A DNA stretch of 63,725 bases, from contig SXUJ01000118.1 of assembly GCA_005790565.1 (NCBI GenBank), positions 1 to 63,725 on the forward strand. Reading direction: 5' to 3'. The stretch is from Planctomycetia bacterium. Its GTDB lineage: Bacteria; Planctomycetota; Phycisphaerae; Phycisphaerales; SM1A02. Every line of letters begins with the position of its first letter. Within the stretch, counting starts at the first letter, position 1. The notes beneath the pieces were generated by a model. The model saw only the letters and a list, made by a program, of their open reading frames with translations, was not told the DNA's origin and made no database searches. The position numbers and the translations under genes are program-made. Positions 9,394 to 18,011 of the stretch are shown here, piece by piece.

Positions 9394-9417
9394 AGGGGGT
9401 TTGTGTTGTCCTACTGC

Positions 9418-9696
9418 TTAGGAAGCAACATCCTCCTTCTTGTTGGTGTGACCACGGAAAGTGGTCGAGAACGAGAATTCACCGAGCTTGTGGCCAACCA
9501 TGTCTTCTGTGCAGAACACATCGACGAAGGTCTTCCCGTTATGCACTTGGAAGGTAAGGCCAACGAACTCGGGAACGATCGTGCAGGTGCGTGAATAGGT
9601 CTTGATCGGAACCCGTCGTGGCAATGCGAGCACCTTCTCTGCCTTGCGGAAGAGCTTCTCGTCGACGAAGGGACCTTTTTTGGTGGAACGGCTCAT
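9418..9696 (-). CDS. rpsS: 30S ribosomal protein S19
   Basis: [15 protein letters not shown] ... [42 protein letters not shown]. Confidence 0.96.
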   Translation of the reverse strand: MSRSTKKGPFVDEKLFRKAEKVLALPRRVPIKTYSRTCTIVPEFVGLTFQVHNGKTFVDVFCTEDMVGHKLGEFSFSTTFRGHTNKKEDVAS

Positions 9697-9720
9697 GTAT
9701 GCGGCCTTTCTTCAAATCAA

Positions 9721-10575
9721 TCAGAGAACGAGTTGTCCGTAGCGCGTGCTGCGACGACGACGAATGATGCGCTCATCACTCGACTTGCCGTATCGACGGG
9801 TACGACCACCCTTTGCCTGCGTACCAGAGGAGTTCGATGGTTCTTGACCGCCCTTTGAGCGGCCTTCACCACCACCGTGGGGGTGTTGATGGTGGCACAT
9901 CGCAACACCACGAGTGGTGGGACGACGACCAAGCCAACGATTTCGACCGGCCTTCCCAAGCACAACATTCGCGTGATCGGCGTTGCCGACTTCGCCAATG
10001 GTGGCGCGGCAATCCATCGATACTTGCCGAATTTCACCTGATGGAAGCACGAGGGTTGCCCAACGACCTTCCTTGTTGGTGAGTCGTGCGGACATGCCCG
10101 CAGAGCGACACAAACGCCCGCCAGCCTTCGGCTCCATCTCCACATTGTGCACGGCGAGGCCGGTTGGAATGTGGCGGATGAGCATGCAATTGCCGACCTT
10201 CGGCTCGATCATTTCGTTCGAGCTCTCAATGACAACGCCCGCACTCATGCCCTTCGCGGCAAGGATGTAGCGCACTTCGCCGTCGGTGTACCTCACCAAC
10301 GCGATGTGGCAGGAGCGATTGGGGTCGTACTCGATCGACATGACGGTCGCCGTCATGCCATCCTTGTTACGGCGGAAATCGATCTTGCGGTAACGGCGCT
10401 TGTGGCCACCGCCACGACCAAGAATCGTGATCTTGCCCTGCACATTGCGGCCGCCGTGCTTGGGCAACGGAACGAGCAGCGACTTCGCTGGCTTCGACCC
10501 GGTTGTTTCAGAGTGAAGATTCACGGACGCGTTGCGGCGTCCTGCGGTGACCTTCTTGTATACGCGAATTGCCAT
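9721..10575 (-). CDS. rplB: 50S ribosomal protein L2
   Basis: MAIRVYKKVTAGRR ... GRNVQGKITILGRGGGHKRRYR ... NPVDHPHGGGEG-like segment HQHPHGGGEGRS. Confidence 0.97.
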   Translation of the reverse strand: MAIRVYKKVTAGRRNASVNLHSETTGSKPAKSLLVPLPKHGGRNVQGKITILGRGGGHKRRYRKIDFRRNKDGMTATVMSIEYDPNRSCHIALVRYTDGEVRYILAAKGMSAGVVIESSNEMIEPKVGNCMLIRHIPTGLAVHNVEMEPKAGGRLCRSAGMSARLTNKEGRWATLVLPSGEIRQVSMDCRATIGEVGNADHANVVLGKAGRNRWLGRRPTTRGVAMCHHQHPHGGGEGRSKGGQEPSNSSGTQAKGGRTRRYGKSSDERIIRRRRSTRYGQLVL

Positions 10576-10600
10576 GGTGTGTACTCCGTTTCTCGAGGGC

Positions 10601-10882
10601 TCAGAAGAGCTCGAGCTTGTCCTCGGGGTGGATTTTCACGAGGGCCCGCTTCCAGGTTTTCCCCTCGATCTTGCCGTATGCGTACGCGCGAGTGCGAAGC
10701 CGACGCGTTTGCGTCGCGACGCCCAAGACACGAACCTTGAAGAGCGTCTCGACGGCAAGGCGGATGTCCGACTTGCTCGCGATCTTGCTCACTTCAAAGG
10801 CGATGCGATTGCCATGCGCCGCCGCCCAGGTCGCCTTCTCCGTCACGATCGGACGAATGAGTGTGTAGGTTGGATCGTGCAT
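10601..10882 (-). CDS. rplW: 50S ribosomal protein L23
   Basis: MHDPTYTLIRPIVTEKATWAAAHGNRIAFEVSKIASKSDIRLAVETLFKVRV. The ATG at 10880-10882 overlaps the rplD TAA by 1 nt. Confidence 0.92.
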   Translation of the reverse strand: MHDPTYTLIRPIVTEKATWAAAHGNRIAFEVSKIASKSDIRLAVETLFKVRVLGVATQTRRLRTRAYAYGKIEGKTWKRALVKIHPEDKLELF

Positions 10883-11583
10883 TAGGCGGTCTCCTTCGCG
10901 CTCTTCTTGGCGCAGTCCTTCGTGTTGTCCTGACGACCACACTCCGAGTGCGCGAAGCACGACTCATCGAGGAACGAGAGCAACGCGGCCTTGTCGAGCA
11001 CCAAGAAGCGGTGATTCAACATTTCGAAGGCGTTGAGTTGATCGACGCGGCAGGTGTCGACACCTTCGATGTTGCGCGCCGACAATTGCGCGTTGCGGTT
11101 GGCGCGATCAAGCGCGATCAAGGTCGTGCGGTTCACGCCGACCTTTTCGAGCAGTGTCACGAACTCTGATGTCTTTGGAGCCGCAAAGTTGAGATCGACG
11201 AAGCACTTCACTTCGCTATCGACGAGCTTCGCGAGCAACGCGTTGCGGTTCGCAAGGCGACGCATCTTCTTAGGGAGCTCGCTTCGGAAGGCTTCGCGAG
11301 TGCGATCCTTCTTGAAAGCCACACCGCCGCCCTTGCGGTTCGGGACACGAGACGCGCCGACGCGCGCATTACCGGGTCCCTTTTGCTTGTAGAGCTTGCG
11401 AGTGGAACCGGCGATGTCGCCGCGCGACTTCGTGCGCGCGCTTCCTTGTCGCTGGTTGGTGTGCGTTGTGACATACGCCTGCTTGAGCAACGCGAACTTC
11501 ACCTCGCCGCCGAGCGATTGCTCGTCGATCGAGAGAGTCTCTACTTGCTTGCCGGCTTTGTCGAATATCGGCAGTTGAATCAT
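10882..11583 (-). CDS. rplD: 50S ribosomal protein L4
   Basis: MIQLPIFDKAGKQVETLSIDE ... TKSRGDIAGSTRKLYKQKGPGNARVGASRVPNRKGGGVAF. It has a C-terminal extension containing 3 Cys. Confidence 0.94.
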   Translation of the reverse strand: MIQLPIFDKAGKQVETLSIDEQSLGGEVKFALLKQAYVTTHTNQRQGSARTKSRGDIAGSTRKLYKQKGPGNARVGASRVPNRKGGGVAFKKDRTREAFRSELPKKMRRLANRNALLAKLVDSEVKCFVDLNFAAPKTSEFVTLLEKVGVNRTTLIALDRANRNAQLSARNIEGVDTCRVDQLNAFEMLNHRFLVLDKAALLSFLDESCFAHSECGRQDNTKDCAKKSAKETA

Positions 11584-11833
11584 TGCTTCGCCTTCCGCGG
11601 CTTGCGCCGCTTCCGCCTCCTCCTCCCCGCGCCTGTTGTTGAGTGGCGTGGGGCAGGATTTGACTCGGTGAGTCCGGAACTTCCGAACTTGGTTCGCACC
11701 GGATGTCTGTTCCGACTGGTTCCGTGCTGCAGGGTCTCGTTCCTGAATCAGTCTTCAGGAATCTGACCGTGCATTCCGGCCTCTTCGGTTCCGCAGGCAA
11801 ACTTGGTTCGCCTGAGGATGGTTCTTGCAGATA

Positions 11834-11874
11834 CTCAAGAAGCGCAGCACTCGCTGCGCTTCAAAATCTTGAGC
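11834..11874 (-). promoter_or_regulatory. Strong RNA hairpin immediately downstream of the rplC stop
   Basis: A perfect 10-bp stem, gaagcgcagc (11839-11848) with gctgcgcttc (11853-11862), closes a 4-nt loop. It is flanked by an outer ctcaag/cttgag helix. There is no clean U-tract on the mRNA strand, so it may be an attenuator, a processing site or a stability element rather than a classical terminator. Confidence 0.4.
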
Positions 11875-11878
11875 ATAC

Positions 11879-12571
11879 TTAGGACAGTTTCTTCGCCTTG
11901 CGCTTGTAAAGGCGGGTTGCTGCGCGGACGACGATCACGCCGTTGTTCGCACCAGGAATCGCACCCTTGACAAGAATAATGTTGTTCTCTGCGTCAATCT
12001 TGATCACATCAAGACTGCGGACGGTGATTTGCGCATCACCCATTTGGCCAGCCATGCGCTTGCCCTTCTTGATCTTCGCACCGTGACCACGGTCCGTACC
12101 GTGCGATCCGATCGATCCGGGCGAACGATGCTTGCGCTCCGTACCGTGCGTCGCGGTAAGGCCCTTGAAGCCGTACTTCTTCATCACGCCTTGGAAGCCC
12201 TTACCCTTGCTCACGCCGATTACATCGACGTAGGCAACGCCATCAAGAATCGATGCATCGACGGTTGCGCCGACAGTAAACGCGCCAGCGGCAGCGTCGT
12301 CCGCACAACGAAGTTCTTTGTGAATGCGCTTCGGAGCAGCGCCGGCTTTGACATCGTGACCGATGACGGCCATCGTCGAGTTCCGTGCCTTGATATCTTC
12401 GAATCCCAACTGCACCGCCGCGTACCCGTCGTTCGCGATCGTCTTGATCTGCGTCACGACGCACGGACCGGCTTGGATGACGGTGACTGGAATGTTCTTG
12501 CCGCCTTCGAGGAAGTAACGGGTCATTCCAACCTTGCGTCCGATGATTGCTTTGGGAGAGGTCGCGGTCAT
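11879..12571 (-). CDS. rplC: 50S ribosomal protein L3
   Basis: IIGRKVGMTRYFLEGGKNIPVTVIQAGPCVV ... SKGKGFQGVMKKYGFKG ... GSIGS. Confidence 0.96.
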   Translation of the reverse strand: MTATSPKAIIGRKVGMTRYFLEGGKNIPVTVIQAGPCVVTQIKTIANDGYAAVQLGFEDIKARNSTMAVIGHDVKAGAAPKRIHKELRCADDAAAGAFTVGATVDASILDGVAYVDVIGVSKGKGFQGVMKKYGFKGLTATHGTERKHRSPGSIGSHGTDRGHGAKIKKGKRMAGQMGDAQITVRSLDVIKIDAENNIILVKGAIPGANNGVIVVRAATRLYKRKAKKLS

Positions 12572-12773
12572 GAAGATCTACTCGTACTCGATGCGAATTG
12601 CGATTTGCAACGCGCGCGGACTGTTTCAGACAGAGGTCAGGTGCCTCGCGCAGCGCGAGGCCAAGACTTGTCTCTCGTGTGTGCCGCGGCTCCATTGACT
12701 GCCGCGGCGATGCCCTTGCGGGCCTGGCATTTTTTCAACCTAATGCAAACCAGACTCGAACCTCCACCAAGGC

Positions 12774-13088
12774 TTACGCCTTGATGCGAAGGAACACACC
12801 GGCGGGAACGACCAAGCGCTGAAGCGCATCGGTCGTGCGGTGATTCCATTCCGTAATATCAATGACGCGCTTGTGCGTTCGGATCTCGAACTGCTCGCGC
12901 GACTTCTTATCAATGAAGGGGCTGCGATTGACGGTGTAAATCTCGCGACGGGTCGGAAGCGGAATCGGACCAGCGACTCGTGCTCCCGTGCGCTTGGCAT
13001 GGTCAACGATCTCGCGTGCCGCCACATCGAGTGCTTGATGGTCGTAGGCTTCCATTCGGATTCGAAACTTGCCGCCTGTCATCATCAT
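12774..13088 (-). CDS. rpsJ: 30S ribosomal protein S10
   Basis: [72 protein letters not shown]. Three consecutive ATGs lie at 13080-13088. Confidence 0.96.
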   Translation of the reverse strand: MMMTGGKFRIRMEAYDHQALDVAAREIVDHAKRTGARVAGPIPLPTRREIYTVNRSPFIDKKSREQFEIRTHKRVIDITEWNHRTTDALQRLVVPAGVFLRIKA

Positions 13089-13266
13089 GCTCCGTTCGAG
13101 TCAGTTCGAACTGCTAGGGAAACCTTCAACAAACCGCCGTTGCGATTCACACGACCATCGTGCAAATTCAGCTGCAAAAGAAGCTGTTTTCTGCACTTCG
13201 GCGCGCGCGCCAGGATGCAGAGAACAGACCCTCCGGCGTGCTTGCGCATGTCGGGGGGAATCGAGA

Positions 13267-13294
13267 AGGATAGTGAATCTGCCGTTGATGTCAA
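13267..13294 (-). promoter_or_regulatory. Candidate sigma70-type promoter of the S10 operon
   Basis: On the minus strand: TTGACA (13289-13294), a 16-nt spacer, then TATCCT (13267-13272). This would give a ~170-nt 5' leader ahead of rpsJ. It is sequence-pattern evidence only. Confidence 0.35.
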
Positions 13295-13469
13295 GCCGAC
13301 TCGTTCATAGATTGTGGAGGAGACAACACTTCGGAGCCCTCGGACAGGATCGCGACCGCATGGCGGCAATCGGAGAGAAGCAAAAAACCCGATTGCGACC
13401 GAGAACCAAAAGTTATCTGCCATCAGTTCCTCCATTCCTAGCTTGAACGCCCCTTACCATCACCAACCC

Positions 13470-14897
13470 ATGCCGCCCTTCCCGAGACTGATTTGCGTCC
13501 TCGCTTCGATACTGTGCGCTTGGTCTTGGTTGGCCGAACCGAGCCTCGCCCAAGCTCCTGCGCAGACCGGCCCCGTCGTCGGTGCGCCCCCCGCTTTCGA
13601 AGCGCCGGAGTTGGGACTGCGCTTCACGCCGCCGCTCGGATCGGTGATGCGCGCTGAACCACTCGCGTCCGGCATGAGCTATTCGATCGCGGATTCGAGC
13701 ACCGATCCATCGTGGCGACTACGGATTGCTGCACTCGAGGCGTCCCGCACCGGAACGACGCCCGCGTCCCAAGTTGCCGAGTACCTCGCGCTCGCAAAGC
13801 AATCGACCCCGCTCCTCACCGTCCTTCGTGATGAGCCGCTGACACTTGAGGGATTCGCTGGCGGAGGCGCTCCGCAGACCCGACTCCTCCTCCTCTCGAT
13901 CCCGCTTGAGGGCGGAGGCAATGGGATCGCTGGACAGTTTGTCATCGCCCGCGGCGAAGAGCAGTTCCTCGTCTTCTCGCTTCTGGCGGACGGACCATCC
14001 TTCGCGAAACACGAGGCCGCGCTGCTTGCGAGTTTCAAGACGGCTGTGGTGCGCCCACTCAGTGATGTCGCCTTTGAGAAACTCGAACTCCTCGCCCGAG
14101 GCGCGCGCCTGATTGAGCGAATGGATGCGGTTGCCATGCGCGCGCTCGTGAGCGATGAGACGCGTTTCTACCGCGTTTTCAAGCCTCTCGCGAATGGAGA
14201 AGAACGCGAGATTGGGTACATGAGTACGCGCGTCCAAGAAGGGCCGCGCGGCGCGATTGATCCCTCGCGCGACGCGAAGCATTTCGCGGGCGAAGACGTC
14301 GAGGTCGGATTGCTCGTCATCGTGGACGCGCGCGCCATCGTCGATGGGAACGCAAAGCACACCGTGGATGTCCAAAGTCGTTACTGGCTCGCGTGGGACT
14401 CATCGAGCGAGTCGTGGAGCGTGCGATCCACTGAACGCCAAGGCGCCGCGAGTCGTTCCAAAGCGCAGACCGGCATTCGCAGCGCACAAAGCGCCGGCAA
14501 TCCCGCACCCGAATTGCAAGTCATCAACGCGAGTTCCCAGGGCACGACGCGCGAACCGAGTGTGTGGCCAATTCCGCCTTCGTATCTCTCGCAGGCGCAG
14601 ACCATGCTTCTGGGAAGACTGCTTCCGCGCGATGGGAGTTTCGAAGGCGAATTCGCAGACTATGCATTTGACCCGCGCGAGTCTCGTATTCCGCAGCGGA
14701 AAGAAACTTGGAAGCGCAGTGCGGAGGGCTGGACTTTGGAATCGCGCATCGCGGGAACCAACTCCGTACTCACGCAAGTGTTCGACCCGCAAGGACACCG
14801 TCTCAAGCGGGTCGACCTTGATGGCACGGTCACCATCGCGATCGCGCCCGATGCGCTGAAATCGCTCTGGAGATCGAAGGGACTTCCGGTCAAGTGA
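13470..14897 (+). CDS. Hypothetical secreted protein (signal peptide)
   Basis: Internal ATG at 13470 gives MPPFPRLICVLASILCAWSWLAEPSLAQA, a signal peptide. I recognise no family. The stop overlaps the next gene's start (GTGA at 14894-14897). Confidence 0.65.
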   Translation: MPPFPRLICVLASILCAWSWLAEPSLAQAPAQTGPVVGAPPAFEAPELGLRFTPPLGSVMRAEPLASGMSYSIADSSTDPSWRLRIAALEASRTGTTPASQVAEYLALAKQSTPLLTVLRDEPLTLEGFAGGGAPQTRLLLLSIPLEGGGNGIAGQFVIARGEEQFLVFSLLADGPSFAKHEAALLASFKTAVVRPLSDVAFEKLELLARGARLIERMDAVAMRALVSDETRFYRVFKPLANGEEREIGYMSTRVQEGPRGAIDPSRDAKHFAGEDVEVGLLVIVDARAIVDGNAKHTVDVQSRYWLAWDSSSESWSVRSTERQGAASRSKAQTGIRSAQSAGNPAPELQVINASSQGTTREPSVWPIPPSYLSQAQTMLLGRLLPRDGSFEGEFADYAFDPRESRIPQRKETWKRSAEGWTLESRIAGTNSVLTQVFDPQGHRLKRVDLDGTVTIAIAPDALKSLWRSKGLPVK

Positions 14898-15649
14898 CTC
14901 GGATCTTGATCGCGGTTCCCGTGTTCAATGAGGCTCGCACAGTGGTTGCTGTTCTGCGCGAGGTTCTTCGGCACGCTGCTGCGATTCCCGAGGCCTTGCG
15001 CCGCCCTGACCTTTCCTTCGCGGTGCTCGCGCTCGACGATCACTCAACTGATGCAACGAGCGAACTCCTCAAACAGTTACCGATCGAGACGATTCGTCAG
15101 CCGCGCAATCGCGGCTACGGCTTCGCGATGCAGGAGACCTTCCGCCTCGCACGGGAGCGAGATGCCGATTGGTGCATTTCAATCGACTGCGATGAGCAAC
15201 ATGAGCCTTCGCGACTCGTTGCGTTCGTCCGCGCCGCGCTCGCCGACAAGGCTGATGTCATCAGCGGAACCCGATACTTCGACGACTCGCACGCACACGA
15301 TGATGCGCCGGCCGAACGCCAGGCAATCAACGCGACACTCACGCGGGAACTCAACGCGGCGCTCGACCTTCGCCTCACCGACGCGTTCTGCGGATTCAAG
15401 GCGTACCGCACGCGAGCGGTCGCGAATCTCGCCCTCGACGCATGTGGGTACGAGTTCCCTATGCAATTCTGGGTGCTCGCAGCGTCGGCACGCCTTCGCA
15501 TTCAAGAACTTCCCATCCGACGCATTTATCCCGACTTCGCAAGGCGCTTTGGCAATGGCCTCGATGATGGTGCGAGACGACTCGCGCACTACCGCCTGAC
15601 GATGCAACGGGCCTTGCAATCCTCCAGCCTGCGCCATGGAGCGCCTTGA
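14894..15649 (+). CDS. Family 2 glycosyltransferase (polyprenol-phosphate sugar transferase-like, soluble)
   Basis: ILIAVPVFNEARTV ... LDDHSTDAT ... RNRGYGFA ... SIDCDEQHEP is the GT-A DxD architecture typical of GT2. Confidence 0.85.
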   Translation: MTRILIAVPVFNEARTVVAVLREVLRHAAAIPEALRRPDLSFAVLALDDHSTDATSELLKQLPIETIRQPRNRGYGFAMQETFRLARERDADWCISIDCDEQHEPSRLVAFVRAALADKADVISGTRYFDDSHAHDDAPAERQAINATLTRELNAALDLRLTDAFCGFKAYRTRAVANLALDACGYEFPMQFWVLAASARLRIQELPIRRIYPDFARRFGNGLDDGARRLAHYRLTMQRALQSSSLRHGAP

Positions 15650-16980
15650 CGAAGTTGTCGATGAACAAGTGCACGCACCTTCCTGACATCGACAGCGCCG
15701 CACGACTCGCCGCGCACGCCTTTGCGCGGCGAGATGCTCATGCAATCCTGTTCGCGCGACCACTGGTGCAGTGGCAACGCGAGATGCGTACGCACCTCGA
15801 CCTGCCAACCGATGCTCCCATCATCGTCACGGGCCACCAAGCAGGCATCTGGCACGCAGGCATCGCGGAGAAGTTCTCCTATGGCGCGGCTCTCGCGCGC
15901 AAGCTCGGGGGCGTCCTCGTCCATGTCGTCGTCGACCATGACCGAAACGATGCCTCGGAAATCAGTTTTCCTGCAGAGATAGAGGGAAAGCTCGCGCGCT
16001 TGCGCCTTGAGCGCACACCACGAGGCCGAGGCGTGAATGCGTTGCGCGCCCCGATTCGAGTGCGTATGCCAGACGCCGTACTCGAACACAACGCTCGTGT
16101 ACTTCCGCAAGTCATGGACGCCCTCTCGCGGATCGAGTCCGCGGTCAATGCATGCGCCACGCAACCAAATCTCGCGCTCCAAATGGCACACGCCGCAAAT
16201 GAACTCCTTCCCGCTCCCTACCGACCGTTCCGAACCATCAGCGCAACAAGCATCGCCAGAACCCCCTTCGCGCGCGCGATGCGAACTCACTTCGATCAGC
16301 GAGCACGCGCCTGCTACAACGCTTCGTTGGAACACACGCGAATCCATCGCCTGACGAGTACCGAACTCCCCTTCTGGCGACTCCTTCAAAACTCACCTGA
16401 CCGCGCACCACTGGGGACCGGAGAGGACGACGCACTCGCGGCACCTCGCGCAATGACACTCACAGCGCTCGTGCGCCTCACCCTGTGCGACCTCTTCGTT
16501 CACGGCAACGGCGGCGCCGTGTATGAGCGCGCGACCGATGATTGGTTAGATGCGTGGTTGGGCGGCCATGTCCCACGGGCACCCATCGCAGTCGCCACGG
16601 CCACGAGACTCATCGATGGGCTTCAGGCCAACCTCGCCATCGAGTCACCCCGCATCACGAAAGCACAATTGCGTCGGTTCCGATTCGACCCATTCGGCGC
16701 GCCGCTCTCCGCACAGAAACAGGCGCTTCTTGCAGAGATTGCAGCGATTCCGCGCGAACAAAGATCCGCCCGACGCGATGCCTACCTCCGTATGCAATCG
16801 GCAGTCGACGCAGCACTGCGCGCACACGCCTCACACCTCACGCAACTCGAATCGTTATCCCTCCAACGCCTCGCGGACGAAGAAGAGCGAGCATTCGCGC
16901 ACGATCGCACATGGCCATTCCCAATGACCATGTGCAACGCCATGCCGCTCTCGGATCACGCAAGCGGATCAGGTCGATAG
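15646..16980 (+). CDS. Hypothetical protein with remote BshC-like motifs
   Basis: The start is either the TTG at 15646, overlapping the GT2 stop, or the ATG at 15661. Motifs IIVTGHQAGIWHAG ... VHVVVDHDRNDASE ... LFVHGNGGAVYE resemble, from memory, the GGQQAG ... EDHDLDE ... AGPGEINYW pattern of BshC-type ligases. The functional call is weak. Confidence 0.55.
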   Translation: MTKLSMNKCTHLPDIDSAARLAAHAFARRDAHAILFARPLVQWQREMRTHLDLPTDAPIIVTGHQAGIWHAGIAEKFSYGAALARKLGGVLVHVVVDHDRNDASEISFPAEIEGKLARLRLERTPRGRGVNALRAPIRVRMPDAVLEHNARVLPQVMDALSRIESAVNACATQPNLALQMAHAANELLPAPYRPFRTISATSIARTPFARAMRTHFDQRARACYNASLEHTRIHRLTSTELPFWRLLQNSPDRAPLGTGEDDALAAPRAMTLTALVRLTLCDLFVHGNGGAVYERATDDWLDAWLGGHVPRAPIAVATATRLIDGLQANLAIESPRITKAQLRRFRFDPFGAPLSAQKQALLAEIAAIPREQRSARRDAYLRMQSAVDAALRAHASHLTQLESLSLQRLADEEERAFAHDRTWPFPMTMCNAMPLSDHASGSGR

Positions 16981-17951
16981 ACCTTCGTGTCAATCGCCCA
17001 CACGCGCTCGGTCCATGTGTTGCCTCCGGTGCCTTGCACGACATCGCGTCGTGCTGCTTGCAGCACGATGCCCATGCGTGCATCAAGGTTGTCAAGTTGC
17101 GACACGAACACGGCCTCGGGTGTTGCGGGAAGTTTGGCCGCGCCGTGCTCCAATTGTCCGTGATGCGACAAGAGAATGTGTTGCAGGACGCGCAATGTGT
17201 CGCCCGGAAGTCGCTCGTTGGTCCGCTGCGCGGCATGCGCGGCCTTCACCTGAACCCAGATTGCCCCGCGCACGATGTGCCCGACGAGCTGTCCCTCATC
17301 GGTGGATGAAAATCCGCGAGCCCACTCCATTTCCACAGTCTTCGCAAGATCATGCAGGAACAAGCCCATGAGCACAAGATCGCGGTTGAGGCCTGGGTAC
17401 AGCGGCAACGCGCGCTCAGCGAGTTCGAGCAGATTCAGCGTATGTTCAAGCAGTCCGCCGATCCATGCATGATGGACTTGAACCGCCGCGGGTGCTTGGC
17501 GGAAGTCGGCCATCAAGCGCTCGTCCATCAGATACTGCTCAGCAAGCGCTCGCATCGCCGGATGCGTGAGCGATCGCATGAGCTCCGTCACGCGTGCAAA
17601 CATCTCGTCGATGTCACGCTTGGTGCACGGAAGGAGCGCGCGAATGTCATCCGGAGTGACTTCCGCTCGCTCGATGGTTTCGAGAATGAGCTGCGCAACG
17701 CCCTGATAGATCTGCACATTTCCGCGCACGCTGACGAAGCCGCAATCCGCAAGTTCCTGATACTGCGCTTCTTCAAAGGTCCACATGCGACTCGGCATTT
17801 CGCCGGTTGCGTCGCGAAGGATGCACTTCAAGAAGGGTTTGTTGGTGCGCGTCGTTCCGAGTTGTGGATTCAGGAGCGAATACACCCCCTCGACATAGGT
17901 GCGATCCGTCAAACTCGAAATGTTTTGGTGGCTTCCGGCGGCTGCGGTCAT
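16956..17951 (-). CDS. OB-fold plus HD-domain phosphohydrolase (YhaM-like 3'-5' exoribonuclease family)
   Basis: An N-terminal OB-fold region (FLKCILRDATGEMPSRMW) is followed by an HD domain (HHAWIGGLLEHTLNLL ... LFLHDLAK ... LSHHG). Confidence 0.8.
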   Translation of the reverse strand: MTAAAGSHQNISSLTDRTYVEGVYSLLNPQLGTTRTNKPFLKCILRDATGEMPSRMWTFEEAQYQELADCGFVSVRGNVQIYQGVAQLILETIERAEVTPDDIRALLPCTKRDIDEMFARVTELMRSLTHPAMRALAEQYLMDERLMADFRQAPAAVQVHHAWIGGLLEHTLNLLELAERALPLYPGLNRDLVLMGLFLHDLAKTVEMEWARGFSSTDEGQLVGHIVRGAIWVQVKAAHAAQRTNERLPGDTLRVLQHILLSHHGQLEHGAAKLPATPEAVFVSQLDNLDARMGIVLQAARRDVVQGTGGNTWTERVWAIDTKVYRPDPLA

Positions 17952-18011
17952 GGGAACGAGTGTACGGCACTGACTCGACGCGCTCGGATAGACGCCGACA
18001 AGGTGCGGCGC

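Noticed and set aside
8362-9594. A 410-aa plus-strand ORF across rpsC, rplV and rpsS.
   Set aside because: It lies antisense to conserved r-protein genes and has no recognisable motifs.
11674-11811. The repeated GGTTC(C/G) heptamers, considered as a possible CRISPR or other tandem repeat array.
   Set aside because: The repeats are only 6-12 nt, irregularly spaced and in mixed orientation. There is no repeat-spacer periodicity and there are no cas genes.
12740-12775. A tRNA-like T-loop string: the minus strand reads ggaggttcgagtctgg.
   Set aside because: The flanking 5-mers (GGAGG and CTGGT) are not complementary, and no acceptor or anticodon arms can be built. It also overlaps the rpsJ 3' end.
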